A DNA stretch of 62,659 bases, filler included, from Choristocarpus tenellus KU-1152 (Eukaryota; Protista; Phaeophyceae): NCBI GenBank assembly GCA_964200185.2. It is 10 parts of 10 records of this genome, joined end to end, with 100 filler letters (N's around TTAATTAATTAA, not from the genome) between each part and the next. Parts side by side here need not be neighbours in the genome. Positions count along the whole stretch, not along the records: positions 10,353 to 13,731 come from CAXNAD020020431.1; positions 13,832 to 20,591 come from CAXNAD020007412.1; positions 20,692 to 24,562 come from CAXNAD020017473.1; 7 more parts are not named here. One strand, written 5' to 3'. How positions within the stretch are numbered: position 1 is the stretch's first letter; each line of letters starts with the position of its first letter. Under the pieces are notes generated by a model. That model was given only the letters and a program-made list of their open reading frames with translations. It did no database searches and was not told the origin of the DNA. This document shows positions 10,542-22,829 of the stretch, piece by piece. Position numbers and translations under genes: made by a program.

Positions 10542-11528
10542 CTGCACTGGCAGCATAGAATCCTTCCCATAAGCTTAGAAATTGGAGTAATTCCTTATGA
10601 TTCAAAAGAAAACCTTTCAACCGAAAACGAAAATTGAGGTGAAATTTTCTCCTTGGTCTTTTGTTTTGCGATTGCACCCTGCGCATTGTATTCAATATTC
10701 CAATGAGTTAGGCATTTTTTCATGTAATGAGGATCGAATCGTCAGTGAGAGGAAAGTGATTGATAATTTACGAGGTAAGGTCTGTCCCTGATGACTGATT
10801 GTTGTGACAAGTTGCAAAGGAGATTCAACATTTTTTTATCTTAGGAAGGATTTTGCTAAGAGGAATCAAGATATCAACATATTGTATTTTCCGTGCCCTT
10901 GAGTACTGAGCATTTTTTTTTCCTGTGTACCTTATTAGGTAAAAATTGATCATGTGTGCTCTATGCTGTTCCTTGTACTCACAGTGCTACAATGCGCTAT
11001 GGAAACCACAGTAGGTACTATCAATTTGGAAAGATATCAGGTCACAGGTTGCAGTTCATTGATTTATCAACCACTCTGCAGGCAGGCAAGAGTGTTTTCC
11101 TGGACCTCGACTACTGGGAACTGCTTCCCATATTTATGGAAACCCCTATCCATACACCATTTTTTCCAAAAACATTGATTGTGTGATGCGATCTACTTTG
11201 CCAAGCCAAGTATCCACACCGACCACAAACTTACAATATGTAAGCCTGCAAGGTTCAGAGTCACAAGGCGGAAATGGTTTACTGTTGTTTTCAGGTATGA
11301 CCGTCAGGATAAAGATCCATTCAGATTCTGACTGATCCATCTTACTGCCGTGACATTGCCCATCCATGTTGTGACATATGTTGTGCATTAAAGTTTCTGT
11401 TCTGTTCTGGATTTCTTCAACTGACTTTGAGATGCGGGGTCAAGACCTGTGAAACTAGGTCCCACCCTCTGAGGTGGAAGAGTTCAGTCTGGTGATCGTG
11501 ATTGCCCCCTTTTGCAGAGAGCTTTGGC

Positions 11529-13330
11529 GCCTTGACAGTTCTACAGTGGTACTCACGCCGAGTGTTCAAGGAGAATAACACACTTTCATGCTATGTCTGA
11601 CCACACCGAAACAAACAATACATAGAGAAGTGAGACCACTTCCAACCCCACTTCCACCAGCAAAGAGCAGTCTTAGGCAAGGAAAGGCAAGAAGAAGGTC
11701 ACCTCAAGCAGGGCAGCTCAAGGAGGTAAAGACGGGGGTACTACTAACACGCAACCTCTACTGACTCCTGCGTCTACATCTGTAGACAAAGGCGCCCCTG
11801 GTGGCTCGCTAGAGCAGAAAGGGGTGACGGAGCAGAGGCTGAGGGAAGGCCATACCCGAAACCTTGGCCCAGACCGGTTTGGAGTGCTGGCAGAGGACCA
11901 GGAGGGAATGGCCAAAGACAATACGATGGCGACATTGGACCTCCAGACGTACATGGATTGCCAACTTGTCCATGCCAAGAAATTTGTCGATGAGGCGATT
12001 GGTAGGACTCCGCATGACCAAGGTTTGTGGCAGCGGCCAGGCAAAGTCTGAATATGAAGATGAGTGTTACAAACCCAGAGTCCAATGACCTTTCTGTATC
12101 TGATAGATCCCATGCAAGCCCCCTCGTTGTCAAATACACTTCACACAAACACTTACCCCGATGCGTTTTTGGGATGTACAAGAACATGGGTGCCCCCCAG
12201 TGTTCAATTTGGAAAGTTGCTAACTATTTTTAAGAATCGCATCAGAACCATTGCCGTGGTCAATCGTCAATCTGTTGATGCAACCTGCATCCCACCTACG
12301 ATCAGATTGTAGGTGATGTGCGTATACGACTCTTCCAACACCAGATTTTTAGAGGGACTAGCCCCGACCAAGCAAGCATTCGATCCTCCTACGAAACCAT
12401 GAATGTTTCGTCGCGGAAAGATCTTGTGACTGGTAGCCTTAAGGAAGTTTCTGTGCCTAATCCTGTGGGTAGAACATCCCACAGCATGATTTGACATACG
12501 TCAAGAGCCTAAGGAAGATGTTTGGGCGCTTACAACAATTGAGTCAATTGATGCTTTTGTTCGTGAGTTGAGAGTTAACCCCCGAGAAAGGTCTGACTTC
12601 GACCCAGTTGACCTTGCCCCGGCCAATCTGATTGCCCTGCTCACTGACCGATTTTGATACTTTGCATTTAATGTCGGTGTTTTGCCGTCAATCCTTGGGT
12701 TTTGCGTTTGAGTCCTCAGTGGTAGGAGGGAGTGTTAACCCCCAAGAAAGGTTGACCTTGACCCAGTTGATCTTGCCCCAGCCGATATGATCGCTGCGCT
12801 CGCTGATCTCTCATCTCAAACAAGTCAACTCCGAAATTAGGCAATTGAATGCAAAAAGAAATACCCCAGTCCATGAGAAACCCTCATGATTACTTACTTG
12901 GATGCTTCTTGAGCCCCGTGATTCCCACCCGATTTGTAATTTGGATTGGTGCAATGCGAGATCACATGGGGGAAATTCCACAGATACCTGTTGGGTCAAT
13001 CCTAATGGCAGCAATTATCGTCCCTCAAGGAAGATTCGGGAACATCCGGGTAGAGGGGATAGGCATGATCTTCACACCGAACAGTCATTTGATCGCTTGG
13101 TGGCAGCACTTACTGCCCGCCTTATGACTATGTTGTTCCGACCCCTGCGACTTCAAACGCCGACCAAGACGATAACAAACCCGGCGAGAAACGCAGGAGG
13201 ACTAGTTGGAACTTGGGGTGCCTTGCAGGGTTCGCTTCCCTGGAACCTGTAGGACTAGAGGATCACAGCACAACTAGGGGCTTGTTGATTAGGGCAGAGA
13301 CAGATGTTGAAGAGCAAGCACCTAAGACAC
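11529..13330 (+). mobile_element. Decayed gag-like region of an LTR retroelement
   Basis: Candidate PBS (CA-G-TGGTACTCACGCC, ~11529), an interrupted ORF from ~11590, and a knuckle-like CNLDWCNARSHGGNSTDTCWVNP at ~12930-13000; no pol seen. Confidence 0.4.
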
Positions 13331-13701
13331 ATCTTTTGAAGCTTTAATATCAGCAAGTCAAAAATTGCCACAAGCAGGACATGTAACAAAGTTTACTTCC
13401 TCACAACCTCCTTTGCCTTTCCCACATCCTCAGTGTGCTGCTAGAGGTTTACTGCAGCTACCACGTTCTGACTTACAGGATCGTGACAAGAGTCAAGAAA
13501 TACGATTGAAGTGAACGATCACCAAATGCTACTATATACATTCCAGTACATGTCTTGTACTACTCTAATCAACTTAGACCCACAAAAAAGTGGAAGAAAG
13601 GCAAATCCCTTGAGAAAAACACTACTCTTGCACAGACTTGTCCCTAGGCTTCAAGAAAATTGACCAGTAACATCTAGGGCCATTGTACTCATCAAAAGAA
13701 G

Positions 13702-13731
13702 GGTTCAAAGTATCCGGGGGGGGGGTGGCGG
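13702..13731 (+). mobile_element. MITE family B, left TIR (cut by gap)
   Basis: GGTTCAAAGTATCCGGGGGGGGGGTGGCGG. Confidence 0.8.
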
Positions 13732-13831
13732 NNNNNNNNNNNNNNNNNNNNNNNNNNNNNNNNNNNNNNNNNNNNTTAATTAATTAANNNNNNNNNNNNN
13801 NNNNNNNNNNNNNNNNNNNNNNNNNNNNNNN

Positions 13832-13894
13832 CTGTTTATTAACAAATTAACACGCTGTTTTACCCCCCCCCCCCCACCCCAGATACATTGGGTC
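13832..13894 (+). mobile_element. Family-B-type right TIR with a different subterminal sequence
   Basis: polyC-AGATACATTGGGTC preceded by AACAAATTAACACGCTGTTTTA instead of the usual GGACACCCTGGTGTAG. Confidence 0.6.
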
Positions 13895-14160
13895 ACTTCA
13901 TCCATGACAACTTGTATCATGCGAATACCTGTTTAATTGGATCTAGAGAAACACTAAATATATGTCTTGTATACAATAACCAGTTTCAGACCTATGTAAA
14001 TTGGCTTCCCTGTCACTAGATGTGCTGGACCTGTGTGGAGATAACAGAAATATGTTCAATGGAATATGGAGTCCTATCTACTTTAATTCTTCTCCTACTC
14101 CAAACATTAAGTTCCTAATTTCCTGTCCATAAACCCTTTCTTTACCAAATCCTGCACAAG

Positions 14161-17100
14161 GTGTGGGAATAACTACGGGTGGAGACGTTTCGAGGGAGAT
14201 CGCTGCAATGATGCTGTGGAGAGTGATTTCCCTGAGCCTTGCTCTACGGTTGATCGCTCTCCATACACCTTCCCCACCTTCCAGTACTGTCACCTTGATT
14301 ATGACTCAAATACTGACAGTGATGACTACACTGGTGGTGTTGATATTTGTGGTGATAGGACAGTGGAGGGTTCGGCCATCATAGGTAAGGGCAACATGTT
14401 GAGCATGGATCCCAGGAAGGGGGCTATGCCTACCTATATATACCGATCGACTGCGCTTATGCTTTCTCTTCCTAGGATGTCAGCTTTTTCAAAGCTAAAA
14501 TTATGTAACTTTGCACGAAGGTGCTGAAGTAACAATATATTCTGGAGTCTTTTTATGTGATAAATTTTGAATGTGTCATTTTTTTTTAAAGGTTCGGCAT
14601 CAAAATATGCACAAGGACCATATAACTCAAGTGCCAAGCTTTCCTTTTTCTCGCTTCAAAGTGCCTGCTACTTTACTTGTGCCATGATGGAGCTGCACAT
14701 TGTCCCTTTATTCAATGCTTCCTATTAGAAGGTGAAATCAGTCTTAGAGTGGTCACCATGCCACAGCTTGATACAGTGTGAACTCAACATATTCTATCCT
14801 CTCAAATTCTTCTCAGGTGGGTATGTTTATCGTGGGTCCAAGTACGAAGATACAGCGATCGCGGACTCCTACATCTTTCATGACTTTGAGCAAAAGTGAG
14901 AACAGTGTAAGCCAATATTTGATAGATCATGTGTTTATGGAAGAAGTACGCTTCTACATACATTGAAAATTCACTATTTAATAGTACAGTCTTCACAAGT
15001 AGTAATGTGAGGGTTATCTTCATCATGGTACGTTTGATCCCAGATAGAAGATCACTTCATTTCTTACCTCGATCCACACCACTGGCGCATTTTTTCAATT
15101 TAGACTTACGAGGAAACCCATTTAAATACAATTGTCCAGGTCCATGCACGCCCTGGCCCCAAGTGGAAATGGGTGGAAGCCCGGAACCATATATGACTCG
15201 AACCAAGTGAACAAAATTGTGACATTTGCTGAGGACAATAGGGTAAGAGGGGGATGCACATTTCGACTATGAACTCCTGACATACGGTTTTCCCTGATCA
15301 AGGGTGATGTACATGCTTTTCCCAGATTTCAATGTCACAATTTTCGATCTTCACTGCGCGAAAAATTGAACACCAACCTTGCGATCAAGCTTAGGAAAGA
15401 TGTTGATGTGACCTTCAAGCTATTGATCATTGCGAGCACAGCAACTCAATTCAAAAGCGAGAAAATACCCTGGGTGCGACAGTCGTAACATGGATGGTGC
15501 ATATGAGTGAACAGGGTGGTTTAAATCTTTCTGATATTCTCGATATTGAACTTATTAAAATTGATTGATACGCTTAATAACATCGAGATGTACGCAGGGA
15601 GTTGTTCAACCTAGGAAATCAACTACGACACTGTGAGTTCTAGCGATTTCTCCAGTGATACTTGAGCCTACCTAAACGCCGAAGCAATCTTGTTGGCCAA
15701 ACTCTTTTTCATCAAGATGCGACTTGAAAATAGAAAAATTATTTCATACTCCCCTCTCCCATCATCCCCTCCTCGTTCTGGTGGGAAACTATAGGGTGAA
15801 TTGTACGTCGTGGAGTGGTTTGGAGATATCTATGAGCTATCCTGTGGCGACATGTGTAATGATGCCCCTTCCAACACGCCTGGAAATGTCAACAACGAGG
15901 GCTACACTTATCAGGGCTGCTTCACAGACGAAGTAGATGACCGAAGGATAACTATAGGGTTCGTGGAGAACGAAGCAATGACTATTGAGGTGGGTGTGTA
16001 ATTATGAGTAATCTGGCACAGTTTGAATTAGTGGCCACATATGAACAATGTGTGTGTGCGTGTGGTGTTCGCCTCTTTATCTACATTTTGATCAAATTTG
16101 CTTTTGGACAACTACATCTATTCATAAATTCACTGTTTGCTAAGTATCTGTACGTATTCGGACAAGTTCAAATGTTGGAGAACCTATAGGTTCCTCTACG
16201 TGACAATGCAAAAGTTTGCCAAGGCTAAACGTTTTACTATGGTTTGAATGATCGTTATCGTTTTTTAATCCTCAATTCTGATGTAGCTCACATGTCCACA
16301 TCTTTGGATTTTACTGGGGGCATATTGACTTCCATGTTGACTACTTTAGCGAGAGGGGTCAACGCCTGGAATTGATTGTTGTACTACCACAATAAAAAGG
16401 CACACTCAGAGTTTAACAACACCAGAACCATCTCCTTGTTTCGACAGATGTGCGCGTCCATCTGCTCTAAAAAGGGAACGAGTTTCTTCGCGCTCGAGTA
16501 TGCCTCAGAGTAAGTCAAAAGGGCGTATGGTGTGCCTGTATGCCTATTGAATCCGATTTAATAACTACTCTTTTGTAGTTGTTGGCACTTTCACTATATA
16601 CACTCAATATGGGTATGTCTTGAGTGTGAATACTATGATCCTCGACTACGGTACAGTTACCTCAGAGCATGTCTGCCAAAATGTCATACGACATGTGTCA
16701 TTCATTCAAGTCTACACAGTTCGTTCGCTTGACTCTCCACCACCATTTGTCTTGCACTCTTGATTACAGATGTTTCTGTGGAGCTGATGACACAAATCTT
16801 ACTGGGACTTCAAAGGCTTGCACTACACCATGTTCCGGTGATGGTTCACAACTTTGTGGTGGTAACTTCGCCATGAGTATCTATTCCTTTGATTATGTCA
16901 TCACTCGAGAGACGGCAGATGTGGAGGGGTCAACATTGGTAGGCTGCCTAACGGACAATATCGGAGCTAGGAGATTGACACTAGCAGATACAGCATTCCA
17001 TTTTATGACAGTTGAGGTAAGTGAGACAACGTGTTTGGTTTTACCGGAGTCTTACCGGACAAGGGCGAGGTTGTGATGCGGACTTTAACCTGCATTAGAT

Positions 17101-18971
17101 AGGGAAGTCTGAATCTGATCGAAGGTCGTACAAATTTTCATCTTCTTTGTTCCTACACTAAAAAAACAAACTAGTTCTACTCTTGTATTTATGTGTATCA
17201 CTATTTGTTGCACTCAGCATTTCTACTCATCCCCCCAAGTACCAGACGTTAGATCACACAAAGACCGGTGGTTAATATAAAAATATCTGTATCTGTGATA
17301 TATAATTTCAAGTGTGAGAATTGACACCATACTCCCACTCAATTTCTAATCATATTTCTTTCCCCCCATCGTAGGAGTGCTCAGGCTTTTGCGCTGGTCA
17401 TCAGGCTACGTACTACGGTCTTGAGTGGGGAGTCGAGTAAGTTGACGTAACACATAATTTTCTGTTGGGTGTTACCTACTGTTGATCCCTTAGGCGAGTA
17501 GATAATTATGACCAGCCCAACAAAATTGCCCTTTGATTGATTGAATACTGGCTTTCTGCAGGGAATGGCTTGCAAAAAGATGCTAATGTGAGGTAGTATA
17601 CACATATCGACACCCTAACCTGGAACAGTCGTTGACACAGTGCATTTAATGTGTTGAGTGTCATCACTTCTTGTTTCCTTTGGGTAAGAAAGATATTTGA
17701 CCCCTGTTATCATCGTCACTGGCTTACTGGGGCAAGTATAGTGCGACAGATTGGTCGCATGTTTCCAAAGAGACAGTTCTTGTTAGCCACCCTCACACTC
17801 CTGGTCTATGTTAGATTCCTTGCTTAAGAGTGACTATGTGTAACCTAGTGGATTGTTTCAGATCGACTTACTTTGCTCTGATGTATCCTTGGTTTCATTG
17901 CTTCAGGTGCTTCTGTGGTGGAGAAGACACTAGCATCACTCAAGCATCTTCCAGCTGCAACATGCCGTGTGGGGGCGACTTCTCTCAAACGTGTGGTGGT
18001 AACAACGCCATCCTTGTCTACAAACTTGATAGCATGCCAAGCCCATCACACCCTTCAAGCATTGACTGTTTCTCAGACAGCAGGGAATCTCGTAGATTGA
18101 GCCTGGGAAGCAAGACAAGTGACGAAATGACCCTTGAGGTGAGTAGATATCCATGACGCTGAAGAGTGGAAAAGAGTTAAGTGGTGCACAAGAAGGTCCC
18201 GATTCTTGTGTGGTTGGATTTAGTAGGCATTCAGTGCAACATTTGTTGGATTGTGTGTACATTTCATGCACGGGGGTTGAATCACACTTGCGACAGTGTG
18301 ATATAGTATTTTGCATGTGAGTAGGACTTTGTTGCAGGGAATTTCAATCGATGTACAGAGTGGATATGTTATCTTGTTTGAAATGGCAACTACTCAAACA
18401 CATGATTATTCCTCTTTGTGGCAGGATTGCTCCAGTTTCTGTGCCACCATGGATTCTACATACTTCGGAACTGAATGGGGTAAAGAGTGAGTGCATGCCT
18501 GTGTTGGGATTCAATACAATTGTATGAACGTTAATAGGGAATCGTTGATCCTATACTTGGGGACTCCTACAAATTCATCTCTGTGATTTAAGAAACCACC
18601 ATAAACTTTTTTGGAGAAAAGCCAACAAAAGGTAACGGAAAGAATGGCTGTCCAGCATTACAATTCAATCTAACCACGTTTTTTGCCTAGTTTAATTTTT
18701 TGTTGAGGCGACGAAAAGTCTGTTGGTGAGAAAAATGTCTGAGCTTATACACACTTGAGTTAAGCAGAATCAGTGATCATCCTAGCTTAAACTCGCAATA
18801 TTAATAAATGATGGCAGGTGCTTCTGCGGTGGAGATTCGATTGACCTCAGTGGAACATCCTCTGGTTGTAATATGGAATGCTATGGCGACTCCTCTCAAA
18901 TCTGCGGTGGCTACTTGTCCATCAGTGTCTACACCCTCTTTGACACTGTTATCGAAGGGCTTGAATACTAA
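14161..18971 (+). CDS. Glucose/sorbosone dehydrogenase (HHIP-like beta-propeller) protein with three C-terminal WSC domains; 5' part missing
   Basis: Phase-consistent GT-AG exons: 14161-14384, 14817-14895, 15140-15242, 15795-15989, 16448-16509, 16770-17016, 17375-17436, 17907-18138, 18425-18486, 18818-18971. The spliced protein has GNNYGWRRFEG, SAIIGGYVYRGSKY, YIFHDF and IVTFAEDNRGELYVV..GDIYEL (GSDH/HHIPL), then 3x GC..D...MT.E.C...C....Y/F..E...ECFCG...C...C.GD..Q.CGG (WSC). Confidence 0.9.
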
Positions 18972-19348
18972 AGCTCCAGTGGCATCTTTCAACCATTTAA
19001 TACTGTGGTAAGACTATCAAACTTTGTCAGGGTTGCAGCAACCAAGATTTCCGAAAGAGTGAAATGACTGTATTCTTACATTTCTCACAGGAAACGTTTC
19101 TATTTTTAATATATAAAATAAAACATTGGTGATGTTGCCAAGTCTACGTTAAAATATATAGATGTATTGATATGTGTTGCTCTTACAGCTGTAGATGACG
19201 TCTCCTTGCACAATTTGGCTTGTTTCCTGTTAGGATACGATAGGACTAGAAGTACTGACAGTATGTCATTGCCTTGTTTGCAACACCGATTTTGTTGCTT
19301 CTTGACCCTCAAACAACTCCCCACTCCCTCTTCTACACATGTCACCAG

Positions 19349-19490
19349 ATGTTTTTGTGGCACAAATACAAATGATGTCTCAACAGGAGTATCCAGCAGT
19401 TGTGACTATCCTTGCAAAGGTGACCCTTCTCAAATCTGTGGCGGATACTTTGCCATAAATGTCTATCAACTCGGCGAACCTAGATTTTGA
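19349..19490 (+). CDS. Extra terminal half-WSC exon (alternative last exon or orphan)
   Basis: CAG|A TGT TTT TGT GGC, same phase as 18818; encodes CFCGTNTNDVSTGVSSSCDYPCKGDPSQICGGYFAINVYQLGEPRF*. Confidence 0.8.
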
Positions 19491-20492
19491 TCACAAGGCC
19501 AGGCGACATTCGTATCTCCCCTAAGAAGAGTGATGAGATGTGGGCCGTCAATCCCTTTTCTTGAGGCACCTCTTGCGCAAGGTATGCTATCTCAGATTTG
19601 ATCTTTCACAAAAAGATCTACGATAGAAGCTATTGTGTCCACAACAGACTATTCTCCTCAGCTGTGTATGAAGGAAAGTGAGTTCTAAACATTGTTTCTT
19701 GGTTTCCATAGTGCTGTAAAAGGTCATAGTGCAACCTTACAAAGGATTGCTCGTTTGGTTTATTTGTATTGATATTATACTTTCTACTTTAGGGTTAGGA
19801 GGGGCAAAAGACAAGCCAACTCAGAATGCTAATGCATTCTACAGGCCGCCTCAGTCCTGTTTGAACAATTGAATGCACACCTCAAACGTTATAGTTAATC
19901 GGTGTAAAGACCAATGGGGCATTCGATTTTCTCGGCAGAAGTCACCACATGTATTATGCAGAGGGTTCAAATCTACAGATTATTTTTTGGTGATTTTGCG
20001 GTGAATGTTGTTCACCATATTAGCTACCCTTTCAGTATATTTTTCCATGTATGTGCTTTCCACCCACCAAGTTTCTTGAGTTATACCTCACTGTGCCCTG
20101 GGATGGTCCTCATTATGAGGGCCCAGTCTTGATTTAATTTTGCACACATTGCTCGGTGGGGATGACTTGCTTGAGGTAGTTTATGGTGCTTGGTGCACAC
20201 GTTTTTATCCCCCCTCCTTTCACATTTTTGTTGGGCAAATGTAAAGTAACTCTTCCTTGGAAGGTGCCATCGTGGATAGAGGGGATTTGAGACTTCTTTT
20301 GTTTTCATAAAATAAAAAGCAAATGATTTTTTGACGGTATATATAGTGTGAGGTCAATCTCTACTACTGATGATATAGTAGTACACTTTTTGTGTTATAC
20401 AGCAGTTTGGTGAGTGATAAAAGTAGTAATTAGCGTGGGTTTGGGTTAGGGTCAGCTAGCGGACTTGATTTGATTTGATTGATTAGTCAACC

Positions 20493-20591
20493 GGCTCAGA
20501 GCATCTGGGAGGGGGTGGTGGATGTCCATTTGGGGCCAATTTCATCTTGCGATTTTTTGGTGATTTGGTTGCATACATCGGATGTATAATG
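20493..20591 (+). mobile_element. MITE family B, 5' half (cut by gap)
   Basis: GGCTCAGAGCATCTGGGAGGGGGTGGTGGATGTCCATTTGGGGCC... Confidence 0.8.
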
Positions 20592-21939
20592 NNNNNNNNN
20601 NNNNNNNNNNNNNNNNNNNNNNNNNNNNNNNNNNNTTAATTAATTAANNNNNNNNNNNNNNNNNNNNNNNNNNNNNNNNNNNNNNNNNNNNCGATGAGTG
20701 ATATGCGTAGTCTATGTTATGGATAGGTGTGATTGTGCTGCAAAGCACCGATGTATTTATTCTGTTGTAACTGAGGTCATTGATCTCTCAGTCAAGAAAA
20801 ACCTTTCACGCTATCAATTTTTCTACATTTCGCCCAACTATGGAAGAGAGAAAAATGAAAACTCGCTTCAAAATTGAAGTTTGTGTACATCTTCATACTC
20901 CGAAACACAGAAAACCGGAAAAATTTCCAAAAAAGTCGTGGATCGCCAAAATATTTCAGACCCAAACGGACAAACAGAACATAACTCCTACCCTCTCAGA
21001 TGCTTTGACTCAGAACCAAGCTTTGGGCACTTGGAACAGAGGCTGTGGATGAGGATGAAGGATATGCAGCCTCTTGTATAAGAGGCACATCTGATAAGGG
21101 CAAGTGAAAAGAGCACCCCAACTGGAAGTGCCCTCGCATGGTGAACCTTTATTTGGTTGCTGTAACCTGGAACGAGTTCATCAACGTATACACACCCATT
21201 GTGAAGACCGTGCTTAAAGGAATGCAGCACATCGATATCAAGGTGAATGCGGACGCTATGTGTTCTAAACAAATTTCCAATCTTTTCCGCAGAATTGTTT
21301 GGCACTTGATTTACAAATCACTTTTTCGAAAGGTCAGTCAAATCTCCACTGCCCCTCACTCAGCACACACAACCTTCGCCCTTTGTCCACATCTTGCTGT
21401 GCTCTGCGGGCTCTCACGGGTCGGTTAGCCTTATGTGCCCCCCGGGTTGCTACAAAGTGGAAATGTTTGAGAGGATCAAGGAAAGGTATGTGGAGTACAG
21501 GGCCAAGTACTGATGACCAACAGCTTCATCGCAGTCAGCTGCATGCCTGAAGATTTCAGCTCCAATTATCCACGCAGTGATGATCTCGATACAATGATAA
21601 CATACCAACCACCAGAACTAAGCACAAAAAGAAGCGCAAAGTGATGACTCCCCCTTCCTACACACGTTGAAAAAGAAGCATCTCCCCCCCTCACTGCAAC
21701 AGCTTCTCCTACTCATGAACACTACAGATTGACTCTCTTTTTGTAGGTGCTACTCCCACAAACGGAGAGGTTTCTACACCTTGTTGGAATCATCATCAAG
21801 AACTTCGACAAAAAATTATTTTCTGCATTACCACAACACCAGCGGTTGGCAGGCCCACAACTACAAGTATACTTCCTTGTCCAATCGCCTGTTCTTCGCA
21901 TTGAAGCAGTAATGCTTCATGCTAGAGGGGCATGTTATA

Positions 21940-22084
21940 CTTGGACACACCTTTCATAGCGTATACATTTTAACTACTCCAAAACTTTCTGGAGTAGGAA
22001 AATGTCTTGAAAAAACCCATGGGAAGCCAAGCCCGAAATGGACAAAAGAGGGCAAAACTCGTACCCTCTAAGATACTTTCACTC
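21940..22084 (-). mobile_element. MITE family A, truncated
   Basis: Ends CTCGTACCCTCTAAGATACTTTCACTC; the other TIR is absent. Confidence 0.85.
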
Positions 22085-22089
22085 TGATA

Positions 22090-22393
22090 TGTCTTGAGGA
22101 CGGTTTCATAGACGCCATTATGACCTTGAAGTCCTAGATTTTGTATTATTGTACTTCCATTACGTTTTGTTTATTTGTTAATCAATATTGTCCTCCAGGT
22201 GGTACATCGTTGACCAGTGCCTTCTTATGATACGAGAATTGATAGTTATGAAGGGAATAATCGAAGCGAGAGATCCAGCATACTTCACGACTTGTGCATC
22301 AGGAGTCCTGTACACGTGCATCAGCGCCATCTATAGGCTTGTGGACTGGAGGTATAAATCCCGTTGAGGTAAGCTATGGAGCGTGCTGTAACA
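22090..22393 (+). mobile_element. Solo-LTR-like repeat
   Basis: TGTCTTG...TGTAACA, homologous to 3099-3643 without the MITE. Confidence 0.5.
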
Positions 22394-22544
22394 GATTCTG
22401 TAAGAAACAATCTAAGGATAGAAGAGACCATGTTTGTATTCTGAAGAATAGAAGATAAGAGTGGGTTAAGGAACTACAATATGGACGAGTTCAGGAATAG
22501 AAAATATTGTAGCAAGTATTCTGTGATTAGTGATTAGTGGTACG

Positions 22545-22666
22545 CATAACATTTTATCAATTCCGAAATATTTTGAAATAGGAAAATGTCTTCAAAAACC
22601 GGTGGGAAGCCAAGCCCTAAACGGACAAACAGGGCGAAACCCGTACCCTCTAAGATATTATTACTC
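22545..22666 (-). mobile_element. MITE family A, truncated
   Basis: GGGAAGCCAAGCCCTAAACGGACAAACAGGGC...TACCCTCTAAGATATTATTACTC. Confidence 0.8.
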
Positions 22667-22829
22667 TTGATCTGGTAGCAAGTATCTCCCCCTTGGGCTT
22701 GAAAGCTCACTCCTCCTTTCTCCTTCCTCACTTCATCTACAACCTCTCCAACCCGTTAAGAAATTTATTGAGTAATCCATATACACAAGTCTTGGGAACA
22801 TAAGTTTCCTTAACAGACCGCGATCAGGT

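Noticed and set aside
21000-21900. Decayed coding-like stretch
   Set aside because: Multiple stops, no recognisable motif and no consistent splice pattern
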